NCBI GenBank assembly: GCA_964057225.1
Contig: OZ059896.1
Location: 17,422,001 to 17,486,000, forward strand
Length of the DNA stretch: 64,000 bases
Direction: 5' to 3'
DNA from: Auanema rhodensis
Taxonomy: Eukaryota > Animalia > Nematoda
Below, in pieces: positions 42,450 to 58,834 of the stretch. The notes beneath the pieces were generated by a model. The model searched no databases and was not told the origin of the DNA. It saw only the letters and a list, made by a program, of their open reading frames with translations. The number at the start of each line of letters is the position of its first letter. Position 1 is the stretch's first letter. The position numbers and the translations under genes are program-made.

Positions 42450-43977
42450 TTACTCCAAAACCTGTGTCGGCTGTGAATTATGCATGATCTAAAAATAGAT
42501 ATATGCTTTTAATATTTCTTTCATTAATACCAACCTCATCAGTTTCTTCTTCTTTGGGGTCTTGTTCTTCTTCTTGTATTTGTTCAACTTCTTTTTCAGC
42601 GTTTTGATCTTCTTTTTCTTGAGATTCTTCGTCATTTTGCCACTTGATTTTCTCAGCTTTTCTTGTTCTGTTTAGTCGTTCATTCAGTGCTCTTAGAGCT
42701 TTCTGTCTATAAAAACAGAAATACAAGAAAAAGCACATAATACGACTAACCGTCTTCGTTCAGCATCTCTAGCTGAAGAATCTAATCCAGGTAAGTTAAT
42801 TGGAACAGTATGAAGAGAATGTAAATCTACATGTCGAACCTGAACAAACGAATCATCTCATCAGAAAATGAAAAATGTTACCTGTCTACTGCAAACTCCA
42901 AGCCTGGCTAGCGTGCGGAAGCAGATACGTCCAACAACTGTACAGACTGGTTGGCAAACTCTTGGAAACAAACTGAAACAAAAATAATACAATGTATCGT
43001 ATCAGTCAAAAAGAAAAAATGGAATGCACAACCGACAAATTTAGGTTAGAAATTCAAAATGACCGGGTAATTGGGGCAATTAGAATAAGAATAATAAATA
43101 ATTCGCACCTTGCCCACGTAAAATGCTCGTTACTGTCTCCATAAACAGCATCTGTTTCATGAGGATTGAAAAACCGAAGATAAGTCCAACTAACTTGTAC
43201 TCCAACAAGCACTTCCCAGAAAACAGTCTTAAAAATTTGAATGAATGAACATTTTCAATCAAACTTACAGCATTGAAAATGCCCAAGAATGACCCGACAG
43301 CAGCACAAATTATCCCGCAAAATGGTAAATGGGTGTATTTCACACGTCCAATGGGCGTAGTTAGTAGAATTGAATCAGGTAAGAACTATATAACAAATTT
43401 TGAATATTAAAATAATACTGAAATGATTACCTGCTTAATCATAACCAAAAAAGCTACGTTCGCATTAACCAAATCTAATATAGGTGCTTCATATAGTAAA
43501 TGAACATTTCGTGAAAAAATAAATTGAAAAAGCGAAATAATAGACACTATGACACATGTTAGTATCTTAAATTAAGATGTAAAGGAAGCGATATAAGTGA
43601 TAGGAAGCTTACGTGTGTTACTCCCAAAGTTTTAAGAATGGCTTCATTAGAACTATTCTGTCTAACAAGCTGAGCACCAAAATGTAAAGTTAAAATAGAC
43701 CAAGCCAGAAGAATAAGATTTTTTCCAACAAAGGCACAAGTAGCTATTCTCCATATTTCTATTGAGAATAATTGAATAGGTATAAGAGAAAGGAAGCCAT
43801 ATATAGAAGTGAAGGGAGAAAGAAAAAAACCTAAATGTTTAGTAAAGTTGAAGAAGTGACTATCGAAATACCTATCAATCTCAAGGTAATTAAGACTTGA
43901 AATGGTAAAGCATTGTTCTTTAACACATTTGAGTGTCTTTCCACCACTATCTGCAGATCCCCCAAGACAGCTTTCAT
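42450..43977 (-). CDS. TMEM115-like Golgi rhomboid-like membrane protein
   Basis: VSWTYLRFFNPH...YGDSNEHFTWASLFP; LPGLDSSARDAERRRQKALRALNERL. Confidence 0.88.
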
Positions 43978-44148
43978 TCTCTAGGTTCGGGCATTAAAAT
44001 AGTAGATCCTGTAAAACTTATTTTATTAAAACGTCAAAAAAATAAAACTTAAAGCTGAGAGACAAAAACGAAAATTAAAGCAATTAATACGGATGAGAAT
44101 CAAAGGCAATTATCACATTTAAAGCAAATAATTTAAAACATTTGTAGT

Positions 44149-46651
<2,503 letters not shown>

Positions 46652-47007
46652 AATTATTGTAAATATGCTAAATGTAGAACACTATAAATGAACTATGTTG
46701 TGCAAACAATCGATTTTTCGCGTGGATTTCATATCAGCGAATTTGATCGCAAATGCAAAAGGAGATCAATGTGAAGTATTATAATAGAAATAAACAAAAA
46801 GAGGAATCAACAATCAACAACACAGTAATAAATAATATTTAATATAAAACGTATCCATATGAAAGATCACAAGCGTCAGGGAGTGGGGGAGTGGGTAGTA
46901 CAAATTAGGGATGAGATCCTACATGATATATAAATAATACAAACTTTTTGTAAAAAAAATTAAGTGCAAAACGTTTCTAAAGAATTAGTACAGCAATAAG
47001 TAAATTA

Positions 47008-48279
47008 TCAGAAATCAAGCCTATGTTTGTATACCAGTCTTAAAGGAGCATCGGGTGGCTTTCTTCTACATCTAGTTAAGTGAATAAATTTCATTGAAAA
47101 ATCACGGCCCATTAACTCATCATTACAGAACAAATCCATTTCCATGTATCGATTTTTCGTACCATACATAGCAAAAGACAAATACCTTAAAATTATAGAA
47201 GTCAGTAAATAACACCATAAATGGTTTACCTTTTCAACGTTGTTACAGTACACATTTCTCCTGTTCGAATAAACCGCCTTTCTGGTTCGGGTAAATCCTC
47301 AGCACCACGGATTAACTCAACTACCATCTGTGAAAATAAATTTTACAAGGAATCTTATTAGTAGAATTATACCTGTGCTTCGTTTCTATGGTGTGATTTC
47401 TTAATACTACCTTCGAAACAACGATTTGTTCGATCTCTCTCTAACTCCTTCAAAGAAAAAATACGAATTATCAACATAAAATTTTGAAGAAATTACTTTT
47501 TGTTTTTCTTTTGCTAACCGTTCTTCTTCTTTCAAATCATCTTCATTCTTCTGTGATCGCACAAATTGCGTTCGTTGTTCTAACTCTCCTTGATGAAGAC
47601 CTGAAAATGATTGAAATAGTACATATCATATTGAAATTAAATTCTAACCAGGGACAAGTTTATATACAATATCTTGAAGAGTACGATCATAAGCAATATA
47701 GTTAGTAGGATGAGACTGATGTATTAATTGACCGCAGTGTGGACAACAATTGTCTTCTTCCTCAAAATATTTTAACAAACAACTTTTACAAAACGTATGA
47801 AGACACTCAGTAATAGTAGTGGCATCAATTAAATAACCCTTAAATTGACAAACTGAATGATTTCAAGAATAAAACGTTAGCATACCTCACATAATGAACA
47901 GACTATAATAGAATTCAAGGACTTCATAGCTACATGGTATGGCTTTTTTGGATCAAATTCCGAATCATCTTTTTCGTCGACTTCATCTTCTGTAGGTTCT
48001 TGACTCTAGAGATATGAAATTTGAAAATATTGACGCTTTTATTATAAAAACCTTTCCGGATTTACTAAATCGACCTCTTCCTTTTGGAACTTCTTTAGTC
48101 TTTCTTCTCTTAGGTGTAGGACTTTCAGGCTCTTCTTCAGTAGTGGCATCAGGCTCACGCGAAGTTTCCCCTTCCGTTTCAGCTTGGTCTGTGCTTTGTC
48201 CAACATCTCTATCACGTTCCTTTTCCTTTTCTCTCTCCTTTGCCTTTGGTCCACCACCCCGTTTCTTATACTTCGCCAT
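47008..48279 (-). CDS. mig-32: Polycomb group RING finger (PCGF/BMI1-like)
   Basis: [27 protein letters not shown]...CCPHC; RAWUL-like C-terminus [15 protein letters not shown]...PLRLVY. Confidence 0.87.
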
Positions 48280-48410
48280 GCCTAATGAAGAAATGCAAAA
48301 TTTAAAAATTTCAATTACAAATAATAGGAACAAATGGAAATTAAACCCATGTGAATATTAAAAAAAAACAGGAATACTCATATTTATAACAAAATAATTA
48401 TTATCAACAA

Positions 48411-49628
48411 TTAACCGTTTCGATTTGCATTCATAGTTGGAGGATTTAAAAAACCTCCACCGGGCATATATCTAGAAAAAAAAAAGAAAAAAAAAGATCA
48501 GCAAAACAGATAAGTCATACCTTCCTTCTTTTTCATCTTTTTCACGTTGTTCTTGGGCCAAATGAGCAGTATTTGATAAGAAGGCGAGAACTCCTTTATG
48601 ACATCTATTAGCATAATGACCCTTTTCACCACACTAAGAACGTTGAAGATTTATAAATGAAAAGTTTAAAGTGGACAAACCTTGTAGCATGTAACTTCTG
48701 ATAAAACTTTTTTATCGGGAATTAAAGATAGATCAATAGGCCCCCGATTATTAGTAGATAGAACTTCAGTAGTAGTCTGATATAATATGAAATATGCTTT
48801 TAACAAAATGAAAAATACCTTTTGAGGCAAGTTTGGACAATATGTTGCCTTATGTCCCCGTTCATGACAATTATGACAAGTAATTAATTGATTAAATGTT
48901 TTCTTATTGTTAGCAGAAGAATTTTCTGCAGCTGGTAAGGCAAAAGTTGGATGAGCAAATTTACAGTCAGGACCTAATAGAAGAAAATGAAAAGAAGTAA
49001 AGTTGCAAGAACCAAACCTTCAGGGCAGAATCCAGCTAAATAATTGGGACACATAACCCTTCTTCTATGTTTGTGTTTACAAAATGGTCCTATACGATAG
49101 AAAATTTATATTTAAAAAATGGCATAAATTTACCATGTCTACAAAAGCCCCTATCATACCAAGGACAATCTTTCAATTTAGATTCAGGATCGATATGTCG
49201 GAAAGGACATTCTCTATTACTACATGCCACTGAAAAGAAAAGTAATGAAAACGTGCAAAGTTAATTTTTAAAATCCTTACTATACTTAGAAAAGAAGAAG
49301 CATTCGGGCATTTTAGTGAGATCATATTCATGCAAAAATTCACATTGATCTCCCTTTAAATATCAACATTAATATGAAATACAGTGAATTCAAACCTTTT
49401 TACATAAACCTCTAAGCCAATGCTTACAAACTACCATTTTATCTCCAACAAGATGTCTCAAAGGGCATACCTAATAAATAAAACAACAAAATAAAGTATT
49501 TAAAAATAATTCTTACCGGACCTAATGTACATATTCCTTGATAATGTTTTAAACATACTCCCCTTCCACTTTTATCCATTCCAGCAAAAGGAACCTATAC
49601 AACAAAACGGTCATTTCAATAAGAAAAT

Positions 49629-49662
<34 letters not shown>

Positions 49663-49809
49663 CTCTTTAGCTCCTGCTTGTGTAAAAAGAGTCTCCTCGA
49701 CGTCTGTATAAGGTACATCAATACTAGCAAGTATATCTTCCATGGTCACCGGGGTTTTGTAAGAATTATGTTGATCATAATTAGGAACATTTGAAGATAT
49801 TGCTATCAT
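48411..49809 (-). CDS. cpsf-4: CPSF30 (CCCH zinc fingers + zinc knuckles)
   Basis: [71 protein letters not shown]. Confidence 0.95.
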
Positions 49810-50922
49810 CCTAAAGATGAGGAACGTAAGTGTGCAGCTTTGGATACCAAATAGTCGAATTAATTTATACAATTAGCTGAGACAAGAATGCTTATGTATA
49901 AAGTTGAAGCCAAAATCAAACACCTACAGCCTCTACGAGGTGTCAGTACGCATTTGCGTACAAACACACACAGTGCATCTTTTTAGGGACACCCAAAGAA
50001 TATCCGATTAGCAAGACTGTAAGGGATAAGAGAGAATTCGAATTATAAAATTTTTGTTTAGTAATTATGAAATATTTAACTTACTTTGCATGTATTTATT
50101 AAACATTTAGAATTTAAATATTTGTTAAGCATACATTAGTTTAATAAAAAGTAAATTATTAAAGATTATTAAAGAAATACATTAACTATTTAACTATAAA
50201 ATAAGTATAAAAAGGAAAGTTTTCTAAAAAATATTTAACCAAAAGGTTGTGCCCTAATGTTTCTTTCAATAAATAACAATTCCGAACTAAGTTATTTGGA
50301 TGAGATTACAATTATTTTGCTTTATTGCTAATGGGATGAACGTGAAACAACAATTCACAGATCATATTTACTCCAAATATAGAAAATAGTTCATAATACA
50401 CACGAGATTTCGATTTAATCAAGTTATTATAAAGCATATTTTCGATTCAAGGTTTCTGTCATATTTTCGTCGGGATAATGTGAATACCTATATATTTATC
50501 ATGATAGCTTATATTGGCTCATCCTGCTATTTTAAATTTAAAGTAAATCTTATCTCCAGAAGAGAATTTTCTTTGTTGTGCAATAATTATTGTTCTTTTG
50601 TAAAACGAAGGAAAGAAAGTAATCGTCCAAAGTTTTACAATATATGTTGTATGATATTGAAATCCTCAAAATATTTATATACAATAATATCAAATAGAAT
50701 CTTTGTTTTCCTGAAAATTGGAAAAAAGCTTTGTGGCAATTTATATCATTTTTAGCTTATTAGTCTATTTTGCTTGTCGAACGTGAAAGAACTTTGAGAA
50801 GTAGAAACAAAATAGAGCATATAATCTTCTACTGAGGTCAGATGACTTCATTAATCATCTTGGGGATTATAGTCTTTGTTAGAATGCCTCATGGCAGCTG
50901 AATATTTCAAGCAGAAGCAGCA

Positions 50923-51579
50923 ATGGCAATAGCTATGTCTGGTTTGATACAAGGTTTTGTAATTTTTTCTGTTGCGAATCTCTGCTTTTGTAGTCAATCT
51001 ATAGCACAGTCTGTTTCTTCTTTGGTAAGCTTTCGCACTTCACAGTTCGATGTGAACACAATAAGTGTTTAGGTTGGTCGTCGGCAAGTCGTGGGAATTC
51101 GAGGACAACTTTTATGCGGTACTGAACCTCTTCAAAATACCACAGTTAAACTCTGGGATGAAGATACCGGTAAGTTGTTTTGTTTGAAAGGGAGAGACAG
51201 CCACATAATCAGGACCTGATCCCGATGATTTGCTTGCTGAAGCAACAACAAACGAGACAGGTCACTTCGCAATTTACGGAACAACAAACGAGCTAACCAA
51301 CATTGACCCTAAGTTCAAGATCTATCATCATTGTCACGTAAAAGAAGGAGTAAGATGTTGTTTGATGTAGTATAAAACGTGATATTCATTTCTAGGGTTG
51401 CAAGAGGAAGGTAAGCTTCGCTATCCCCGACAACTACATTTCCTTCGGAAATAAGGTTTTTTCCTTTATTTTAACATGTCTCCTCATAATCGATTATCTT
51501 TTAGCTGGAGAAATGGTTTGAATTTGGAAGCTTAAACATGGAGATTATAACGAGAAAAGAAGGCCGTCAATGTTTTTAA
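50923..51579 (+). CDS. Transthyretin-like (TTR-52 family) secreted protein
   Basis: QVVGIRGQLLCG...VKLWDEDTGPDPDDLL...IDPKFKIYHHC...CKRK...FEFGSLNME; start may be 50935. Confidence 0.92.
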
Positions 51580-51856
51580 ATACCTTTCCTTAGTTTGCTT
51601 AAAACAATGTGCATCAAATTGCAGGCCATAAATAAAAATATTCTTTATTACAATGTATTTTATATTGAAATATGTTGTTATGTTAATGCTTTCTATGTAA
51701 TCTTCTCAGGTTTCAATTGGCCAATTCAATGATTTTTGAAGTGAAAACCAAAAACAACTAACATCAAAAATTCAGTCGTATACTTTTATTCAAAGACCTT
51801 GTCAAATATCATTGGTCATGCTTCAAAATTTGAAAACTTTAACATTGCTTGAATAA

Positions 51857-53200
51857 ATGTCTTTGCTAATTTGTCTTAAAATGATAGTTAATTTGTTTTC
51901 TCTTTTTCTTCATTCTTCATTATTATTCATGATTATTTGTACGCCAAGTCTTCGATCTAGTAGCTTTGATGGCGTAAGTTTATCAAGGTTTTGCAAGGGT
52001 TTCAAGTTTATTTTTAGCTTTTCTTCTCGCAAAACATAGGGGATATGGTTGCAGTAATTCTTAGAGTTATAACGAAGTATACACCGATTTTAGTATTGAG
52101 AAATCACTCTGGCATTATAAGTTTTGATCAAAATACCTTTGTATGTTAACACTTGTTCAAGCATAAGTTTGAGAATTTTTTAGCCATTAGCTACACTAAC
52201 TAATGCTGCTGAGTGGTATTCCAATTATGTCATTATACTATCCGCCTTGCTTTTCAGCTTTGATCGTGCTGTTATGGCTATTTCGATGAAAAATTATTCT
52301 TGGGTGAGACAGCCTTTTGCTAATGCTTCACTTAATTACTTTTTAGTTTTGTAATCCAATGTTCAAAGTTTGTTTAATTATTATGACATGGTTGATGCCT
52401 ATGGCTTGGGTATTGCCCATGCTTGATCCATGCTGTAAATCTCAGTACTATGGAGGCAGAATGGAACTGGTAGAAATGCAAAAACATGAGGTAAATATCC
52501 GATTCTTTTCCTATTCGGAGGTGTTTTTCTCAGGCTGATGTTACATACGATTCTATTGATATGATTTTCGAGACGGTTTTCTATGTACCAGTTCTCTGTT
52601 TCATGAATGGCTTTTCTTTAATATTACTCTACCATCAATGGCTTAAGTTGGTGAAAAAGCGGAAGGAAGGAAATCGACGTTAGAATTTAAAAAAATATAT
52701 TATAATTTTTAAAATTTAGAAATCATCAATGGTTCGATACCGATTTCAACTGTCAGCAATCTTTGTATTGACACTGAAATGGCAATATATCTACCAAAAA
52801 GTAATGATAAAGACTTAATTGAAAAAGAAGGTATACTAGCATATCGTAACACATAAAATTTCATTCACATTTAATATTTAGATAGGTTAATAGCTCGATT
52901 GAACCTGGAACTATCGTTTTGTATGATCAGTATCATTGATCAACAAATTGATTTTTGTGCTGTTCTGTTTTATTCTCTGTATTGGGCTAGCTATTCTGGT
53001 GGGTCACATCTTCTCTACTAAGGAATTTGATATTAAATTCAAAAACATTTTCAGGTTATATCGGTGTGGATGCAACCTTGTTCTTCGAAGTCTATAACTA
53101 TTTCTTTGAAATTGGAACAATTCTATCCCCCTACGTTCTTTTAGTATTTTGTGCAAATTTAAGAAAAGAATTTAAGCGAAAAATCAAATGTTATAAATGA
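51857..53200 (+). CDS. Serpentine chemoreceptor (srx/srxa/srv-like, Srg superfamily)
   Basis: Several TM segments, SFDRAVMAI, DPCC loop, SPYVLLVFCANLRK; start uncertain. Confidence 0.72.
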
Positions 53201-54135
53201 TAAGATATTTTAAAATATTAATAAGATAACGTTTACACAATCAACAATCCCTACGGTTACCTCAAGTTTCTTTGTAATATAGTAATAGGAACATTATCTA
53301 AAATATTCTTTTATAAATGATATAAGTTTAGGGATTATAAACTTAACTAATATAATTTAGAGTAATCATTTTCTAAAACATTTTTGTTTATGGAGTATTA
53401 ATTAACAACAAAAAAAGCTATGTTAAATAATCGTGTATAAATAAATATTCGAAATACCAAAATATTAATGGAGAATGTCGAATGAAAAACGTGTAAATAT
53501 CTATCAAATATCAAGTACTCTTTGCACTGAAGATGAACGTAGCCAATTAAAACTCAACACGCATACAACAAGTACTGAGTACAATTGCCACCATCGTTTG
53601 AACATGATCAATTACATAAATGTTTTATTATATTGTTTAAAAGGTTATTCTAGCATTATTTTTTATAAAATTGATAAAATCTCTGAAACAGAATCTCTAA
53701 CGACACCGAACAGGGTAAGATTACAACTGATACCAAATCGACATAAGTTGTAAAAGAAGTCCACGTATAATCTAATATACAGAATTCTTTAAACTCTAGC
53801 TGTTGACAAAATGTTTCACGTAAACAATGTAAAAAATCATGTTGCTTTTCCGAAGTCAAAGGATGAGACTAAAAAAATTTTTTACAGCATGACATATACA
53901 AATACAGTGAAGGGAAACTAGAACTTACATACCATATTAGGCGCGTCATTAACTGGCAATGACTTTTTGTTAGTACTACTTATCTTGTAAAAGTAATTAC
54001 ACATCACAAAAACTTGGAATGTTTAAAACAGAATTGGAACATAAATATAAAACTAGTAATATGTACGTCTACGAAATCTGAAGATAAAACTATGTCTAAC
54101 ATGCTACACATTATATCACAATTTCGCTGGCAATT

Positions 54136-55701
54136 TTACTTTTTCTCCATGAAGTCAATATTAAGCTTGAAGAAAACGTATGGATAGTACTCGTTAACAC
54201 CAAGTGACATCAGAGCTGGGGAATCTTCGAATGTCTAAATGATTGTTTGATATTTAAATAATGATAAGGTGATATCATACATCGATTGGTCCGGCAGCAG
54301 AACCGTCTAAGTGAATGTAAAGTTTGTTAAGTTCCGTGCGCAATTTCTTTTGGTTGCCCTTGGTTGGTTCGACCACGGCAGCTTGGAAGTTGACAGGAAG
54401 TCCATACCTGTAGACAAAAAACTATTATCACGAAGATCAAAAACAAACTTACCTAAGAACGGATTCAACGAAAACTCTCAGAGCCTTCACGTGGATATAG
54501 GCGGCGAAAATTTCTCCAAAATTGATCTTCAACCATCTGATAAGGGGAGCATACTGACGTTGCTTTTCGGCAACAAGTTTATCTCTCTCGCTTTTTCCCA
54601 ATTTGAGAGATTCCTCGTCATAAACGAAATCTCTGACGATAAACCTGCAAATCAACAATGAAGAAACGTAATCAACACCAATTTTCCTACTTATTTTCTC
54701 TAGCAAGCTGCTTGAATTCATCAATAACCTTCTTGAAAAGAGTGACGGAGTACAAAGTGTGATCTCCCTCCTCAGTAATCAAGCGGCTAGATCCTGGAAC
54801 AACCATGGAGGTGAAAGAAGCATATCTGCTTTCCCAATCCTTGGCGTTTACTCTGGAGAAGACTCAATCGTCTAGGAAGCATATAGGAAATTACGAACCT
54901 TGGTACGACAACAATCAAAGTCTGTAAGTACTCAGAGTTAAGAACGAAATCCTCAGCCTTGACAATATCAGCCAGATCTCTTGTAACTAGAGATCCACTA
55001 GAATTGAGATAAAACGATGCAAGAAAGAATGAATAACCTACGTGGCCTTTCTGTCAATTTGGCTCAAACTGTTCTTCAAGTTGTTGTAAGCCAACGACTT
55101 TGACTTAAGATCGTTGTCGATTTGAGTAATTTGCTAAGAAAATACCACGTTTTGACATTAAAAAAAGGAATAATACCTTTCCAATAATTTCAGAAAGAAC
55201 TTTCAAAGATTGCTTCAAAGGATATTTAGCTCCCTCCCATTGGAACTTAGTAACGTAACTCTTCATGTCCTCTAAAGATCAATATTAACAAAGTTCAATA
55301 GCGAAATAAAAACCTACTATTTCCAATAAGAAGATTTTCAGCTAACTTGCTCTTATCATCCTCTAATACATCTCCGAAATATTGCACGAGCTTCCTAACT
55401 GTTCTAAAAATTAACTGAATTTACAAAACATTCGAATAAATTTAGAAACTCACGCCTCTGCTGCAGTATCCAGTTTGCTGAGGTCATCAGACAAGCCAAC
55501 CAACTGGTCCAAAGTTCCGACCTAGAAAACATATTCAATAGCTATACAATAACAAAAAAAACTAACCTTCAAGTCTGGAATTAGGAACTTAGAGTTCAAT
55601 GATAAGTTGGCGGTAGAACGGTTGAGCTTGTCCCAAGCATCATTTGCTCCTTTCTCGCCTGGGGCGGAAATGAGCCAGTATTCACCAGGGGGTACTGACA
55701 T
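54136..55701 (-). CDS. vha-11: V-ATPase subunit C
   Basis: [57 protein letters not shown]. Confidence 0.96.
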
Positions 55702-55987
55702 CACCTAAAAATTTTTATTCATTAATCGTACAAACTAACATACAACATAGTATCCTCTAGCGAGTGAGGATATACGAGCAGAAATGAACAGTATAATAAA
55801 ACATGATCACCTAATCTATATCTATTACGGAATGTGCATGTAATAAAAATAATAAAAACTATGAAAACGTATGTTAAAACATTACTCCTTATGGAATAAT
55901 ATTAAAGAAAGTGTAATCGATGAAGCCAAATTAATGTTAATAAAACGTTTGTGAGAAGTAATGGCGATTTCTAAGAGCAAAAATAAA

Positions 55988-56476
55988 TTAGGATGATGTT
56001 CCGAGGATAAGAGCAACAATCATTCCGTAAAGTCCCAAAACTTCAGAGAAGATAAGAATCAAAATCATTCCAACGAAAAGACGTGGTTGTTGAGCAGTTC
56101 CTCTGACTCCAGCATCTCCAACAATACCAATGGCGTATCCAGCTCCAAGTCCACAAAGTCCACAGGTGAGTCCAGCAGCAAGATGGGCGAATCCCTTGTT
56201 CAAGTTGTATCCATCAGAGGCAGAAGTAACTTTTCCTTTCAAGACCATAGCGACGACAAGACCGTAGATACCGATGATACCAGCCATAATAACGGGGATG
56301 ACAGACTTCATGATCAATTCTGGTCTCATAACTCCCATGGAGCAAATTCCGACAGCGGATTTAGCAGTTCCATAAGCAGCTCCCAAGACAGTGAAAATTT
56401 GAGCAGAAGCAGCTCCCATATATCCGAAGAATGGGGAGTAAGCAGCAGCTTCAGCAGTAGCCAAATCGTAAGACAT
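55988..56476 (-). CDS. vha-3: V-ATPase 16-kDa proteolipid subunit c, intronless
   Basis: [18 protein letters not shown]...[23 protein letters not shown]; no intron; directly upstream of subunit C, like vha-3. Confidence 0.9.
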   Translation of the reverse strand: MSYDLATAEAAAYSPFFGYMGAASAQIFTVLGAAYGTAKSAVGICSMGVMRPELIMKSVIPVIMAGIIGIYGLVVAMVLKGKVTSASDGYNLNKGFAHLAAGLTCGLCGLGAGYAIGIVGDAGVRGTAQQPRLFVGMILILIFSEVLGLYGMIVALILGTSS

Positions 56477-56942
56477 TTTCTGCAAAAAGGACAACCATGA
56501 AAAATAACATTACGGCGAATAAAATTGAAGAGCAAGAGGAGCACTACAATATAGAAACTGTTTAGCAGTAGTAGTTATGCACCAGCACATACACGAAGTT
56601 GCTAACTGCTGATAAATTTCTAAAACACAAAGGAAAATCAATTCCACCGAAGACGAGAGGTGCAAGATCGATTTTCGGTCTTTGCGGCCAGCATTTGAAA
56701 CCCAGCGCGGCAGGACCAATTTCAAATACCCTTGAATTATTCGGTCACGGCTAAAATACAATGATTAATTCTCTCTCCCTCCAACTGCCCGCAGCAACCA
56801 AAATCAAAAATTTGTTCAGTTTTGATTGGGGATTGAACTTTTAGAATTAGGATTAATGATATTAAAAGAACATGTCAACAGAAAGTGAAAAAATTACAAA
56901 GACAATTTTATTACAACATGCATTTAAGTAACAATGTTTTCA

Positions 56943-57941
56943 TTAATATGGAATAACATCCAAAGTATTCTTGAAGTATCCACCGTTATGAGTTTCATTC
57001 AATTTGTAAATCGAAGGAACCAAGTTTAATGTACATTCATCAATCTAAATTTCATGGATATTATCAAATTTTAACTAAAATTATTTACTGTCAGCATGGC
57101 AGTTGGTCCACCCATATCAGTTTTGACCCAACCAGGGCAGAAAGATGTAACTAAAATATGATCCTTTTTGAGATCAATAGACATGGTCTTAGCAGCACTG
57201 TTTAAGGCAGTCTAAAATTGTTCAAATTAATTTAATTTAATTTTTTATTTGATTTTTAACAGCTTTTTAACCTACTTTGCTCATACGGTAGGCAAGTGCA
57301 GCGATGGGTCCAGAACCAGAAGTATTGTCAGAGATTGAGCCTAACATGCTAGAAATATTTACGATGGCAGCACGGTCAGTTGTGAATCTTTCAGAAGACT
57401 CCAAAGCTGCAGCTTTTTTGAGAAGTGGCAGAAAATACTAAAATAGTGTACTTGAAAATACAGTCACCAGAGGACTAACACCTGTGAAACTACTATTACA
57501 GATACAGCATTTGTATCTAAAATACGAGTTAAAGCAGCACGGTCAACTTGCTCCTGGTTAGCGCTGTATTTAACAAAAATACCGGCATTATTGACAAGTA
57601 AAGTGAGTCCGTCATCTCCAACGATATCAGAGATCTAAGAATTAAAAAAAAACGAATAAAAAAATTAGATTCTTGAAACTGACTAAAGCAACAGCTTTTT
57701 GGATTGAGTCATCGTTTGTAACATCCATTTCAATTGTATGCAAACGAGAATCTGTAATATCATCCAAATCCTGAAGAAACTGACTTTATGTGTTAATCAA
57801 GTGATAATTCACCTTGGCTTCAGATGGTTTTCTACATGTAGCAATTACATGCTTGATATCTTTATTCTCAAGAAAAGTTTTCACGAGTCCAAGTCCTATA
57901 CCACGGTTACCTCCAGTGACAACAACGGTGCGGGGAGCCAT
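56943..57941 (-). CDS. Short-chain dehydrogenase/reductase (C-factor/Sniffer-like)
   Basis: [20 protein letters not shown] catalytic motif, [12 protein letters not shown]. Confidence 0.93.
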
Positions 57942-58834
57942 AGTTTATTGCTAAACTGAACTTTTCGATAAATAAACGTATAAAAACTATAGAAACATGG
58001 GAAAGAGTATACTAAAATTGGTTTGAAACCTAAACAACGAAAAACTGTGTAAATGCTGATCATCTCCAGTTATCAAAAAAGATGATAAACGAAAAACTGA
58101 TAACCTAGGCTTGCGATTCAATTTCAAATTGTACTAATAAAGAATTAGAAGATTGTTTTTATTGTTATCATATATAAGATGACAATGATCAATACATGAC
58201 AGGCGATACTGTCTACGACCTCTCTTCCAGTCTCGGTCCTACGTACACGTGTTGCGTATTTCTAATTACTTAATGATGCTTATAGAAATCATTGTTATGT
58301 TAAATTAACGTTTTCTTGTTTTGTTAACCTTTTTCCTCGACAAGAATAACAATCTCTTATAATACTTATTAAAAAATAGCATGAAAACTGTCATAATTGA
58401 CGCTTGCATAAGTACAACCGGTTTGAGCGAGTCAATAAAAAAATGAAAGGATTTCGTACACTTCGTGGTAAAGGATTATCATATTACTCTAACATCACAT
58501 GCATGTTCCAATAATTTCTTCATTGCTACACTCAAAAATAATAGTTTGATTAATTAATTATTTTAATTTTTATATTTGTTGACAAATTGAATTGTAGTCA
58601 TTATGTACAAAAATATTGCAATAGTTTGCTGAAATTATTTTCTGTGAAGTGGTTAGTAATTATAATGATTATTTAAAAAAATATAATGTTCAAGAGCTTA
58701 ATACTAGGTGAGCGAAAGTTCAAAACAAATATTGAGAAATAACAAGTGAAATACTATTACTAGTTAGTTTTATGATGTACAACCGAAATATTTGTATATG
58801 TATATGAATTCATTGCTGGTTTTTTCGAGAAAAC

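Noticed and set aside
42973-43108. Longer-than-usual TMEM115 intron as a snoRNA host
   Set aside because: No convincing C/D pair or two-hairpin H/ACA architecture
56087-56500. Ser-rich + strand ORF
   Set aside because: Antisense shadow of the codon-biased vha-3
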